Origin: a virus
Strand: one strand, 5' to 3'
Virus record (IMG/VR): IMGVR_UViG_3300045988_166055
Location: 32,001-96,000 of that record
Length of the DNA stretch: 64,000 nucleotides
Below are positions 8,870 to 17,921 of the stretch, piece by piece. Made by a program: the position numbers and the translations under genes. The stretch's first letter is position 1; each line of letters begins with the position of its first letter. Under the pieces are notes generated by a model. That model saw only the letters and a program-made list of their open reading frames with translations. It was not told where the DNA came from and searched no databases.

Positions 8870-10357
8870 ATGCCTAACAGATGGATAGATAAACTGTTAC
8901 CTAGGCCCAAGAAACAACTTTCGTATCTCCGGAACATGGTTGCAGGTTCGTTATACAGGATTTCTGACATTCGAGGAAATTCTTCTTTTTCAGACATAAA
9001 AACTCAGATTGATGCCATGAGAGCCCTTGCAAGAGATTCTCAAGTAGCTACTGCTCTTTCCTACTATGCTACAGATGCCACTGTAACAAACAGTGACGGG
9101 CAGATAATTTGGGCTGTGCCTGTTGATAAGAATAAGAAAGAAGTAGCAGAGGTAATAAATGCTCTTTTCAAGCGATGGGAAATAAATAGCTATGCTAGAG
9201 ATCATATTTTAGAACTTGCCACTATTGGTAATCTATATATTCCTACGACCGATCTATACAAAGAGCCTATAGGAAATTACAATAGAGCAAACATAGCTCT
9301 TGATAACAATACAATTCCAAATGCGGAGTTTGATATTGTCCCTTCATATAAGATTCCTCCTGAGGACATTGTACATTTATTCAAGGAAGGTAGAGATGAA
9401 GGATATATTCTTCAGCCAGATGAACAAACAACTACTTATGTAAGATATCCTTCATCATCTGTTATACATTTTTCTCTTGGTGGATTGCTTGGAGATTATA
9501 CAATTGATGCTCAAGGTAAGAACAATGATGTAGACACTTACGATATCAAGTTTGCAAAGCCACTTATGGAACAAGCTGTTCAACCGACACAGACATTAGG
9601 TCTTCTAGAAGATGCATTACTTCTTTCTTCTTTGTCAAGAGTTGTAAGATTCATAAATGTCGAATGCGGAAATGCTGAGGAGGATGAACAAAGGGATACT
9701 CTTCAGATGATAAAAGATGCTATTGAGCAGCAGCTCTCTATAAATACTCTAAACGGAGACGCTCAAAGCTTTGTCAACCCACAGTCACCTAACAATTTAA
9801 TTTATCTTCCTAGGATAAATGGTCAAGACCCAATTTCAATAACAGATTTGAATATGTCAGATGCAACAGAGTCTGATTCAAAGTTGCTTGATCATTATCA
9901 AGATAAGAAGCTCTCAGTTCTAGGTGTTCCTAAAGAAGCAATGAACTTCTCATCAAATGAAGGTCTAGGCGGTGCTGGTTCTGTTCTTTCTCAAAGATCA
10001 GCATTGTATGCTAACTCTTTGCAAAGACTTGAAACAGCTTATATTTCAGGCTGGACAGATGCAATAAACAAGTATTTTGAAGCAAGAAACATGAATGGAT
10101 TTGTAGATCAATTCAAGCTTCAGATGCAGCCGATTGTTACAAATATGTCAACAGTTGTTTCTGAAAAGCGTGATGCTTCTGTAAGTCAAGCGCAAAGCTT
10201 GATAGATATGCTCAAAAATCTTGGAGTAACAGACAAAGAGCCTTACATGAAAGCTGTCCAAGAAGCACTGAAGGAGACATTCCCTCAGTTAGGATCAGAA
10301 ACAATGACATGGAACATTGATGTAACAGAAAGCGAGGGTGGAGACAGTGGCTTCTAA
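8870..10357 (+). CDS. putative portal protein
   Basis: 495 aa with a GGAGGTG RBS, located in the packaging block after TerL, with an acidic C-terminus. Called by position and size. Confidence 0.55.
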   Translation: MPNRWIDKLLPRPKKQLSYLRNMVAGSLYRISDIRGNSSFSDIKTQIDAMRALARDSQVATALSYYATDATVTNSDGQIIWAVPVDKNKKEVAEVINALFKRWEINSYARDHILELATIGNLYIPTTDLYKEPIGNYNRANIALDNNTIPNAEFDIVPSYKIPPEDIVHLFKEGRDEGYILQPDEQTTTYVRYPSSSVIHFSLGGLLGDYTIDAQGKNNDVDTYDIKFAKPLMEQAVQPTQTLGLLEDALLLSSLSRVVRFINVECGNAEEDEQRDTLQMIKDAIEQQLSINTLNGDAQSFVNPQSPNNLIYLPRINGQDPISITDLNMSDATESDSKLLDHYQDKKLSVLGVPKEAMNFSSNEGLGGAGSVLSQRSALYANSLQRLETAYISGWTDAINKYFEARNMNGFVDQFKLQMQPIVTNMSTVVSEKRDASVSQAQSLIDMLKNLGVTDKEPYMKAVQEALKETFPQLGSETMTWNIDVTESEGGDSGF

Positions 10358-10691
10358 TTCAGAACTAATTTCTCTATTCTTTAGCGATCTAAAGAATTAT
10401 AATTCTAATAATTTTAGAATAATTGAAAAAGCTGATCTTAGCAAAGAAGATGCAAGAGTATTTAAGTCTTGTAGTAGCGTAGTTACTAGGTATTTCATAT
10501 TTAGAGAAAGACATCCCGAAGTTTCTGATCAAGATATGAAGATACTTTACTACAGACTTGGAATTGATCAAATTGCTAGATATTTTTCAGAATATCCATC
10601 AGCTTGTGTTGAAGACCTAAAGCCTTTTCAGCAGCAACTAATATGCCATGTTGAAAGAGAAAAACGAAATAAACCAGAAGCTATTGGTTAA
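10338..10691 (+). CDS. hypothetical protein
   Basis: 117-aa ORF with an uncertain GTG start (10338 or 10347). Confidence 0.45.
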   Translation: METVASNSELISLFFSDLKNYNSNNFRIIEKADLSKEDARVFKSCSSVVTRYFIFRERHPEVSDQDMKILYYRLGIDQIARYFSEYPSACVEDLKPFQQQLICHVEREKRNKPEAIG

Positions 10692-10702
10692 GAGGTGATA
10701 AT

Positions 10703-11329
10703 ATGTCTGCACCTTTGAGATATAGAATATCAGATTGGCACCAAGCTAATAAATGTTTATCAAATAACAGCAGAGATTTATGGATATCTGTTACTGATAT
10801 TATAAACAATGATATGCTAACTGGAGTAAGAATCGCTGTGTGTCATAGGCAGTTCGGAACGCTATTTTCTACAGTTATAAAGAGCAAAGGAAACTTGGTT
10901 TCTAAGTTTGAGGAAAAAATAGATCCAGATATGGATAAAGAAACAGTTCTTAAGGAAATGGCCAAATACGGATTCTTGATTGACTACAGGCCTGAATCAA
11001 ATCTTCCCGGTTCTCAGATATCTTATCTAATGTCTGTCGCAGGATTGAATTTTGATAAGATAAGAATAATGAGTGTGTATGAATATGACTCAAACGGAAG
11101 AAAACATTCTGATAATTACGTAGTTGCATTCATGTCTGCATATAACCCATACTGGTTGAACGCAAACTATTCTTGCTCTATGAAAGAATTCAAAGAAAGA
11201 CTTGCAAGCGGTTCTGTAACTAATCTTTCTAAAGTTAGCGAACAAAGAAGTTTCGATTGGTCATGGTTATACAACAACATATCAAATATTGACGATATAT
11301 TGAAAAGTTGTTCGAGGTGTTGCCAATGA
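10703..11329 (+). CDS. hypothetical protein
   Basis: 208-aa ORF with a GAGGTGA RBS. Confidence 0.65.
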   Translation: MSAPLRYRISDWHQANKCLSNNSRDLWISVTDIINNDMLTGVRIAVCHRQFGTLFSTVIKSKGNLVSKFEEKIDPDMDKETVLKEMAKYGFLIDYRPESNLPGSQISYLMSVAGLNFDKIRIMSVYEYDSNGRKHSDNYVVAFMSAYNPYWLNANYSCSMKEFKERLASGSVTNLSKVSEQRSFDWSWLYNNISNIDDILKSCSRCCQ

Positions 11330-11862
11330 GCACTAACCTTATAGGCAGAGATATAATCATAATGCGAAAGCGTTATGACGAAGCATTGCAGATGCAAGGT
11401 GTACCTTGTAGGTATCAGTTTCCTAATCTAGCTTCGACAAACACTAGCGGTGAACCTGTTGTAGACAGTTATTCTGATATGATAGATACTCATGTATTTT
11501 TTGAAGGCTCACCTAAAGTGAAGACATTCAAACGAATGGGATGGGTTGTTGAAAATGATAAAGAGCTTCCATTTTTGATTCATTGCAGTTTTAATTTGCC
11601 TAATCTTCAGAAAGATAGCGTATTTAGAATATCAGGTCAATACGCGGATGTAGATGAAAGAGTATTCAGAGTAACTGAGATATCATATGATTTGCAAGCT
11701 GCTGATCATCTGGTTTGTCAAGTAGTACCTGTGTACGAAAAACAGATAGTAGGTAGAACAGACAAAGAAATTGAGCGAACCTTCAACAAGTCAAATCATT
11801 TCATGAAGTCGCCTACCGATTACAGAGGGAAGTACATTTCAGAACAATCAGGAGAGAGGTGA
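11326..11862 (+). CDS. putative neck / head-tail joining protein (by position)
   Basis: ATG 11326 overlaps the upstream stop (ATGA) and follows GAGGTG. Lies between portal and sheath. Confidence 0.4.
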   Translation: MSTNLIGRDIIIMRKRYDEALQMQGVPCRYQFPNLASTNTSGEPVVDSYSDMIDTHVFFEGSPKVKTFKRMGWVVENDKELPFLIHCSFNLPNLQKDSVFRISGQYADVDERVFRVTEISYDLQAADHLVCQVVPVYEKQIVGRTDKEIERTFNKSNHFMKSPTDYRGKYISEQSGER

Positions 11863-12473
11863 AAAATTTGATTTATCTTTATGACAAGTCAATAGCCGAT
11901 GATCTAAGAAAATCTTTCAATCCTGAAAACATGCCTGATCCTTATGTTAAAGTAGTTGATGTTGAAAGCTTTATGAACATTGGTGCTCAAGTAAAAGACG
12001 ATCAGCTTACATTTCCTATAGTAGGATTGAACAGGCCTGACAACTATTCTATCGACACTGATAGAACAAACTTCACGCTTATTCATAAAGGTGTTCCTGT
12101 AGCTGTAGATGACAAAGAGAACGAATTTTACAACGAAAAAGTAATTCCTATAAAGCAGTCATACGATATACATGTTCTTACTACAAATCAAGCTGATATG
12201 GATGAGATGATAAGAGAAATAATATTTAAGTATACTAATATGTATTTCCTTACTATAAATTTACCTTATGAAGTAAAAAGAAAAATCAGGTTTGGAATAT
12301 GCATAGATGGTGAAATAGAAAGAACATCTGGTTATTCGCAATATGCAGAATCTGGAACACTATATGAATCAATAATTCCTGTTAGAACAGAGGGAATGGT
12401 AATAGTAAGTTACACTCCTGTAAGGATAAGACGAACAGAATTCGTCACAGAGATAGAAAATCCTAAATGCTGA
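11859..12473 (+). CDS. putative neck / tail completion protein (by position)
   Basis: 204-aa ORF. The likelier start is TTG 11868, 9 nt after GGAGAGAGG. Lies directly upstream of the sheath operon. Confidence 0.4.
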   Translation: MKNLIYLYDKSIADDLRKSFNPENMPDPYVKVVDVESFMNIGAQVKDDQLTFPIVGLNRPDNYSIDTDRTNFTLIHKGVPVAVDDKENEFYNEKVIPIKQSYDIHVLTTNQADMDEMIREIIFKYTNMYFLTINLPYEVKRKIRFGICIDGEIERTSGYSQYAESGTLYESIIPVRTEGMVIVSYTPVRIRRTEFVTEIENPKC

Positions 12474-12484
12474 ACCTTGTATAC
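12473..12484 (+). promoter_or_regulatory. Motif B copy (AACCTTGTATAC)
   Basis: Exact 12-mer, preceded by G, 24 nt upstream of GTG 12508. It heads the sheath operon. Confidence 0.45.
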
Positions 12485-12507
12485 TTTTAGAAAGAGGTGA
12501 GGAAATA

Positions 12508-12744
12508 GTGATATATTATAAAAATACATCATCTAGGAAGCTCACATTTCATGGTGTAGAATTTGGTCCAGGAGAAATAAAGCCTGTTCCAGATTTTATA
12601 AATACATTGTGCATGGTTCGTTGCGATAAGCCATCTGAGCCTGTCAGACGAATTGATCATGTTAAGCAGGAAAAGAAAGCACAATCTACACCTGCTATTA
12701 AAGTAAATAATGAGCAAGGAGGAATTACTGATGGCTCAGATTAA
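12508..12744 (+). CDS. hypothetical protein
   Basis: 78-aa ORF with an AGAGGTGAGG RBS before GTG 12508. Confidence 0.5.
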   Translation: MIYYKNTSSRKLTFHGVEFGPGEIKPVPDFINTLCMVRCDKPSEPVRRIDHVKQEKKAQSTPAIKVNNEQGGITDGSD

Positions 12745-14602
12745 CATCAATGAGATAAGCCAAAGCTACAGCTATAATATCGGTACTAACGCTTATTGCA
12801 CAGTTGCAATGCCTATTACTTCCTGCTGGGGTCCCGGATACTTTGATAAAGAAAAACAAGGTCTTACAGAGGATGATATTCTAGAGAATCTTCGTTGGGA
12901 GCATTTCGCTGCTACTCAAGAAGGCTTAGAGAGTTTCGTATCTACTTATAGAGGCCCTGCTTCTAATTATCGTTCAGCAAAAGATTTCTCATATCAGATG
13001 GCCATGACTCTTCTTACTGCAGGCTACGATGTTCTTGCATGCAGAGTTTGCCCTGGTACTCCTTCCGGAGGTACACTTAAGATTGACGATAGCAACAATC
13101 TTATCATCAAATCAAAGTACCCTGGAACTTTTGGAAACAATCTTCGTTGTGCGTTTAAGAAAGCTCGTTCAGTTTTCTTGGTTGATGGAAAGACTAAGCA
13201 AGTTGATTACTGGAACATGATTGTTTATGTCCTGGATGCGTCTGGAGTAAAAACAGCCGTAGAGAATTTGAACTTTGTTTTCGAAGTCGCAAATTCAAAT
13301 GATTCACTCTACCATATTTCCGAGATTGAGTCTAATTTCGTACAATTTTCTGGCTATGATGCCCTTACAGATGCGCTTTCATTATCCGGTACAGTGAACG
13401 TAGATCTTGCTGGAGGACACGACGCATCTGCAAACGGTGAAAGCGCTGCTATGCTGAAAGAAGCAGCAGATCTCGCTACTCTTCGTTATAAAACAGCTCT
13501 TGGGTCTGCCGACGGAGTAGCTTATGTAGCCAGACTATCTGAATTAACTACATCTGATGAAAACAAAGCAGCTATCATTCGTTATAAAGAATGGGTTTAC
13601 AACGCTGCATACTCTGCAATGGATAAGCTGAAGGATAAACTGTCTTATAACTACAACAGAATTGTTATGCCAGGCTGGGACGATCAAGATTTCTCGTCTG
13701 TAGTTGAAAATTATTCATATGATGATACCAACACAAAATTTGTCATTTCACCTCTGCACATTAGAATGATGGATGTAGCATATAACAGTCGTTGTGGTAC
13801 TGCTTACATTGACATTCCTAAGAGCCTTCCTCGTTCTAAGGTATGGAACGAGAAGGATGGTCAGGAAGGATACTCTCAGATGCTTGCAAGATTCCAGCCG
13901 GACAACACAAGCTTTGATCTAAATGCAAGCCTTTATACATCTCATTCTGCTCTATTTGCTCCTTGGGGCAATTACATCTATGTTGGAACTTCTAAGCAGA
14001 ATGAAGCTTCTCCTTCTTTCATGGCATTGATGATAGAAAGAGCGATGATCCTGAATCAGTCAAGTCAGTATGAATGGGCTCTGCCTACTACTCGTAGACA
14101 TAACCTGAAGATAGGAAAGCTTGCTTACAGTGTAAACAAGCATCTTCTAGATGATTGGCAGGGTACAGAAGGCGTAGGAGTCAATGTTATTACAGACATT
14201 CCTGACATGGGCATGAGCTTATGGGGCAATAGTACTCTATTTGAGGTGCCTGTAGCAACATATCAAGCTCTTGCTAATCTTTCTACTAGAAAGCTTGTCA
14301 ATGCTGTCGAGGATCAAGCATACAGATGCGGAATTAACATCACCTTCCAGTACAACAACGAGGATGCTTATAGTAGTTTCTACGCTGGTATGACTCCGTT
14401 ACTCGATACAATGAAGTATCAAGGAGCTATCGAGGACTACTATATCAAGATGGCAGCCGATGTAAACGGTCTTGATAGGGTGAATATCAACTCTGTCATC
14501 GGAAAAATCTATTTAACTGTCAACGGAGTTATAAACGACATAAACATCGATCTTATTGCTCTTCCTAGTTCTGTTGATCTCGATGAGTACAAAGCAGAAT
14601 AA
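12731..14602 (+). CDS. tail sheath protein
   Basis: AGGAGG lies 8 nt before ATG 12731. About 620 aa. 'FAPWGNYIY' and 'GVNVITDIPDMGMSLWGNSTL' resemble conserved sheath C-terminal motifs. A strong terminator follows. Confidence 0.75.
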   Translation: MAQININEISQSYSYNIGTNAYCTVAMPITSCWGPGYFDKEKQGLTEDDILENLRWEHFAATQEGLESFVSTYRGPASNYRSAKDFSYQMAMTLLTAGYDVLACRVCPGTPSGGTLKIDDSNNLIIKSKYPGTFGNNLRCAFKKARSVFLVDGKTKQVDYWNMIVYVLDASGVKTAVENLNFVFEVANSNDSLYHISEIESNFVQFSGYDALTDALSLSGTVNVDLAGGHDASANGESAAMLKEAADLATLRYKTALGSADGVAYVARLSELTTSDENKAAIIRYKEWVYNAAYSAMDKLKDKLSYNYNRIVMPGWDDQDFSSVVENYSYDDTNTKFVISPLHIRMMDVAYNSRCGTAYIDIPKSLPRSKVWNEKDGQEGYSQMLARFQPDNTSFDLNASLYTSHSALFAPWGNYIYVGTSKQNEASPSFMALMIERAMILNQSSQYEWALPTTRRHNLKIGKLAYSVNKHLLDDWQGTEGVGVNVITDIPDMGMSLWGNSTLFEVPVATYQALANLSTRKLVNAVEDQAYRCGINITFQYNNEDAYSSFYAGMTPLLDTMKYQGAIEDYYIKMAADVNGLDRVNINSVIGKIYLTVNGVINDINIDLIALPSSVDLDEYKAE

Positions 14603-14611
14603 ATAAACAAA

Positions 14612-14634
14612 AATCGTTATAATCAGTGTAGATA
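14612..14634 (+). promoter_or_regulatory. Motif A copy (AATCGTTAT-N6-TGTAGATA)
   Basis: Full bipartite motif. It contains TATAAT (14617-14622), and its 3' half forms the 5' arm of the terminator hairpin. Confidence 0.45.
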
Positions 14635-14662
14635 TCAATTTAGATATCTACACTGATTTTTT
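14622..14662 (+). terminator. Rho-independent terminator after the sheath gene
   Basis: 15-bp perfect stem ATCAGTGTAGATATC / GATATCTACACTGAT, 6-nt loop, then a T6 run. Confidence 0.85.
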
Positions 14663-14685
14663 AATTTTGTTCGGAGGTTCATTAT

Positions 14686-15096
14686 ATGGATGTTAAGATG
14701 AATTTTGGTCATGGTGGAATTGGATGGTGGGCTTTCGTCCTTGAAGATGACGACCTTGTCATTGGTTATCAGTCAGAAGAAAAGTATGATGAAATGTATA
14801 GAGGTAACTTCAAAGGTGTTGATACTCCTCACATTTTTGATATCATGCGCGATGATATTGAAATGTTCTTAAAAATCATAAAGTATTATAAGTGGAGTGC
14901 TGTTCCTTTCCTTAATAATGTTGCCTGTGAAGGATATACTAGAGCAATTGGAGATGTCGTCAAGCTTCTGCCTATGGATATCTATACAGATGCTATTATT
15001 GACGCAGTTAAAAACAATGATACTGATTTGAACAAAGTTGTTCTAAAAGTTGTTGAAAATATTTCAAACTACTATTCTCTTATGCATAAGGGGTGA
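14686..15096 (+). CDS. hypothetical protein
   Basis: 136-aa ORF with a GGAGGT RBS. Confidence 0.65.
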   Translation: MDVKMNFGHGGIGWWAFVLEDDDLVIGYQSEEKYDEMYRGNFKGVDTPHIFDIMRDDIEMFLKIIKYYKWSAVPFLNNVACEGYTRAIGDVVKLLPMDIYTDAIIDAVKNNDTDLNKVVLKVVENISNYYSLMHKG

Positions 15097-15100
15097 TAAT

Positions 15101-15293
15101 ATGACTGTATATGATATGCTTGTTCATAGCAAGAATGTTTATGATGTAGAATTTCGAGATAGCAGGGGGAGTTATTTTTCATAGGATGGACATTGCAAAG
15201 GCAATTACAAGTCAATATCAAAATATGAATGTCATGCAATTTATGCCATTTCTGCTTTCTAATGGATCAATTAAACTAATCATATACGTGTAA
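15101..15293 (+). pseudogene. small gene split by a 1-nt frame change at a T5 run (or two micro-ORFs)
   Basis: ATG 15101 (AAGGGGTG RBS) encodes 27 aa ending at TAG 15182. ATG 15186..15293 encodes 35 aa in the +1 frame. Removing one T from T5 (15175-15179) joins them into one 62-aa ORF. Confidence 0.35.
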
Positions 15294-15302
15294 AGGAAAG
15301 AT

Positions 15303-15512
15303 ATGAAAATTCCTAAGTATGTCCTTGACCTAATCATAAAAAGACAGCGATATGCTGAAAAAGTTATGGATTCAGCTTTCTCTCTTCAAGAATGGCTTGA
15401 TAAGAATGAAATATATGTTGAAGACTATGATCAGATTGGAGGATCAGAAATGTTTGTAAACCCAGATGAATCTGCACGCAGAGTTTTGAAAGCAATCATA
15501 GAAAAGAGGTAA
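15303..15512 (+). CDS. hypothetical protein
   Basis: 69-aa ORF in the array. Confidence 0.55.
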   Translation: MKIPKYVLDLIIKRQRYAEKVMDSAFSLQEWLDKNEIYVEDYDQIGGSEMFVNPDESARRVLKAIIEKR

Positions 15513-15514
15513 CT

Positions 15515-15889
15515 ATGGGCGAATTTCACAAGTGGCCTTCAGGTTATCTTTCATATAACGGATATTTCTACGAAGCGCCATACTATTCTCATATGGCAAC
15601 AGCTACTAAGATAGTTAATATGTATGAGTTACCTAGACCTAGAAATGCAAATTTAGATGAAGATATACTTCTACTATACGGATTCATATGTATTCGTACT
15701 TCGGATGTTTACAAAAGAGCACGGGACTGGGAAGGTAAAATTCTTCTGATTTCCGATAAACAGCAGAAATACTTATCTGACAACTGGAATGAATTCAACG
15801 ATAATCAAAAGAATTGCATTCTAGACTTGATTTCGGATTTCGGCTTGCTGAATAAATTTTACAAGGAGATAGGTGAATGTTCAAAATAA
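15515..15889 (+). CDS. hypothetical protein
   Basis: 124-aa ORF with an AGAGGT RBS. Confidence 0.6.
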   Translation: MGEFHKWPSGYLSYNGYFYEAPYYSHMATATKIVNMYELPRPRNANLDEDILLLYGFICIRTSDVYKRARDWEGKILLISDKQQKYLSDNWNEFNDNQKNCILDLISDFGLLNKFYKEIGECSK

Positions 15890-16098
15890 CAATGACTGTG
15901 AATTTAATCCATTTGAAAGACGGTTACCAGTATCAATATAAGAGAACATACTACAGAAAAACGAGACCTACTGTAAAAGAAATGGGCGCAAGATTAAATA
16001 AGTACGCCTATTCTATCATTTATCAGCTACAGAAAAAGGGAAGAACATGTGTATTTGCAGGTAGACGATGGATCAAGGAGGAAATAGTTGATGATTGA
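15877..16098 (+). CDS. hypothetical protein
   Basis: 73-aa basic protein with an AAGGAG RBS. Confidence 0.55.
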   Translation: MFKITMTVNLIHLKDGYQYQYKRTYYRKTRPTVKEMGARLNKYAYSIIYQLQKKGRTCVFAGRRWIKEEIVDD

Positions 16099-16384
16099 AG
16101 TTGGGCTGCTCATAGTAAATACATTCAAATGTTTTGGAGTAGAATTCAAGCAAACAAATTATAATTCATTTGAAGACGTAATTGAAATTAAAGTTACTGT
16201 TCCCAAAGATAGCGAAATTAAACATTCAAACGGAAAAATCATGGCCGGAAAATTTCTAGCTGAATTACTACGAGATAAAATTAGAGAACGTGGAGTTAAT
16301 TGCAGAGTAGCATACAAAGAAAGAGACGAAACTTGGAATGAATTCAAATACGAGAAGATGAGTAAGGAGATTTACGGTGTTTGA
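16088..16384 (+). CDS. hypothetical protein
   Basis: 98-aa ORF with an AAGGAGG RBS. Confidence 0.6.
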   Translation: MMIEVGLLIVNTFKCFGVEFKQTNYNSFEDVIEIKVTVPKDSEIKHSNGKIMAGKFLAELLRDKIRERGVNCRVAYKERDETWNEFKYEKMSKEIYGV

Positions 16385-16562
16385 ATATAGATATTGTTTC
16401 TTTGAATCAGAAAGTTTTAAGATTGAGGAATTAGTTGATTCTGAAACAAATGAACCTGAATTTGCATTTTACGCTAATAACAAGCTACTTTTTACAACGG
16501 ACAAATACGGGATCAAGGAGATTTGGAATCAGTTAGATAAATTTCTAAAGGAGATTGAATAA
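16377..16562 (+). CDS. hypothetical protein
   Basis: 61-aa ORF with a GTG start 8 nt after AAGGAG. Confidence 0.5.
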   Translation: MFEYRYCFFESESFKIEELVDSETNEPEFAFYANNKLLFTTDKYGIKEIWNQLDKFLKEIE

Positions 16563-16930
16563 TGGGATTATTTGACAAAAAAGGAACAGTAGTATTTGAT
16601 TTTGATGGAGTAATCCATTCGTATACATCAGGTTGGCAAGGTGAAGGTGTAGCAAATGATCCTATTGTTCCAGGAATGGCTGAGGAGCTAAAACGAATTT
16701 ATACTTCTGGATACAAAGTAGTTGTCGTATCAACTAGATGCAATTCAAGAAAAGGAATGGATTGCGTAAATGATTATCTACTAAATAATGGTGTGCTCAA
16801 GTATGTAGACCTAATTACTGCAAAGAAGCCTCCTGCAATATGTTATATTGATGATAGAGCTATTTGTTTTGATGATCATCCTGAAGGGCTTCTTGAGAAG
16901 ATTCAAAATTTCAAACCATGGAACAAATAA
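16562..16930 (+). CDS. small HAD-superfamily phosphatase (nucleotidase-like)
   Basis: HAD motif I 'VVFDFDGVIH', motif II-like 'VVVVSTR', and C-terminal 'CYIDDRAICFDD'. 122 aa. Confidence 0.6.
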   Translation: MGLFDKKGTVVFDFDGVIHSYTSGWQGEGVANDPIVPGMAEELKRIYTSGYKVVVVSTRCNSRKGMDCVNDYLLNNGVLKYVDLITAKKPPAICYIDDRAICFDDHPEGLLEKIQNFKPWNK

Positions 16931-16932
16931 AG

Positions 16933-16956
16933 GCGTCAGAAATATTCTGACGCTTT
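16933..16956 (+). terminator. Rho-independent terminator
   Basis: GCGTCAGAA-ATA-TTCTGACGC gives a 9-bp stem, followed by TTT. Confidence 0.6.
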
Positions 16957-17003
16957 CTATGCGCAACCTTCATTATTGATGATAATTTTATTATTAGTAT
17001 TGA

Positions 17004-17351
17004 GTGGTGATGAAATTGAAAAGAGTTATACTTGCAAGTCTTACTTCTTATTCTTATGTTCTTAAGTTAATATTGAATGACTTATTATCAGAAGGTAAGA
17101 AAGCAGAGATAAGCCCAGATCATAAATGTGTAAATGAATATGATAATGATGGATTCATTATAGGTCAGCAGTATCCTAGAGAAACTGAGCCTACAAAATC
17201 TACTAGGGGAAGATTTGTAAAAGTTCCTGAGGGTAAAGGCAACTACATAATGGTTACATCTGAATATAAGAAACGAAATTTTACAAATGATGATCATTTA
17301 ATAAAACATGTAGATAAAACAAATAAAGACAGCAGATGGAATAAAAAATAA
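17004..17351 (+). CDS. hypothetical protein
   Basis: 115-aa ORF with uncertain start (GTG 17004, GTG 17007 or ATG 17010). Confidence 0.5.
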   Translation: MVMKLKRVILASLTSYSYVLKLILNDLLSEGKKAEISPDHKCVNEYDNDGFIIGQQYPRETEPTKSTRGRFVKVPEGKGNYIMVTSEYKKRNFTNDDHLIKHVDKTNKDSRWNKK

Positions 17352-17517
17352 TCAATTGTGGATTTGAAATAATATGAAAAGATATGTAAGAAGCGATACT
17401 GATAGTCGAAACACTGATTTTGAAATAAAAGAAGGAATTGAATCTGGTTCGGCATCAACAGATACTCCTACGCTCTAACTAAATTCCTTAAATAAAAAGA
17501 GACGACACTGGAGGTAC

Positions 17518-17531
17518 ATATATATATATAT
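17518..17531 (+). repeat. (AT)7 dinucleotide microsatellite between the SD and start codon
   Basis: ATATATATATATAT runs into the ATG at 17530. GGAGG at 17510-17514 is therefore 15 nt from the start codon. Confidence 0.9.
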
Positions 17532-17814
17532 GAAATATTTGATTGCGTATATTCCTTATACCAGATTACCTGAGAATATTGATATTGTATTTTTCGAAAA
17601 TGAAAAAGAACTGCTCCAATTTATTGTAGAATATATTAGATGTGCTCCTGTACAATACGAAGACGGAGTTTTCTACGATTACGACGGATATGAAGTTGAT
17701 TTCTCGTTACGGTCTTGCTTGTCTTATTTAGAATCAAATTTCGTAGGTGATGGATCTTACGGTGCTACTTTGCTAACTATCACAAAAGGTAAAAATGTTC
17801 TGTTCCAAGGCTGA
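17530..17814 (+). CDS. hypothetical protein
   Basis: 94-aa ORF. The SD is present but with unusually long spacing. Confidence 0.55.
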   Translation: MKYLIAYIPYTRLPENIDIVFFENEKELLQFIVEYIRCAPVQYEDGVFYDYDGYEVDFSLRSCLSYLESNFVGDGSYGATLLTITKGKNVLFQG

Positions 17815-17880
17815 TAGATGGGACAATTAAAATATTCAAAGATGGAATCTGCACAATCCTGAAGATGAATTGAAAAAATA

Positions 17881-17919
17881 AATAGAAAGAGCAGACATTA
17901 GTTGTCTGCTCTTTCTATT
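17881..17919. terminator. Bidirectional terminator between convergent genes
   Basis: 17-bp perfect stem AATAGAAAGAGCAGACA / TGTCTGCTCTTTCTATT with a 5-nt loop. It is flanked by an A-run upstream and a T-rich run downstream, so a U-tract follows in both orientations. Confidence 0.85.
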
Positions 17920-17921
17920 TA

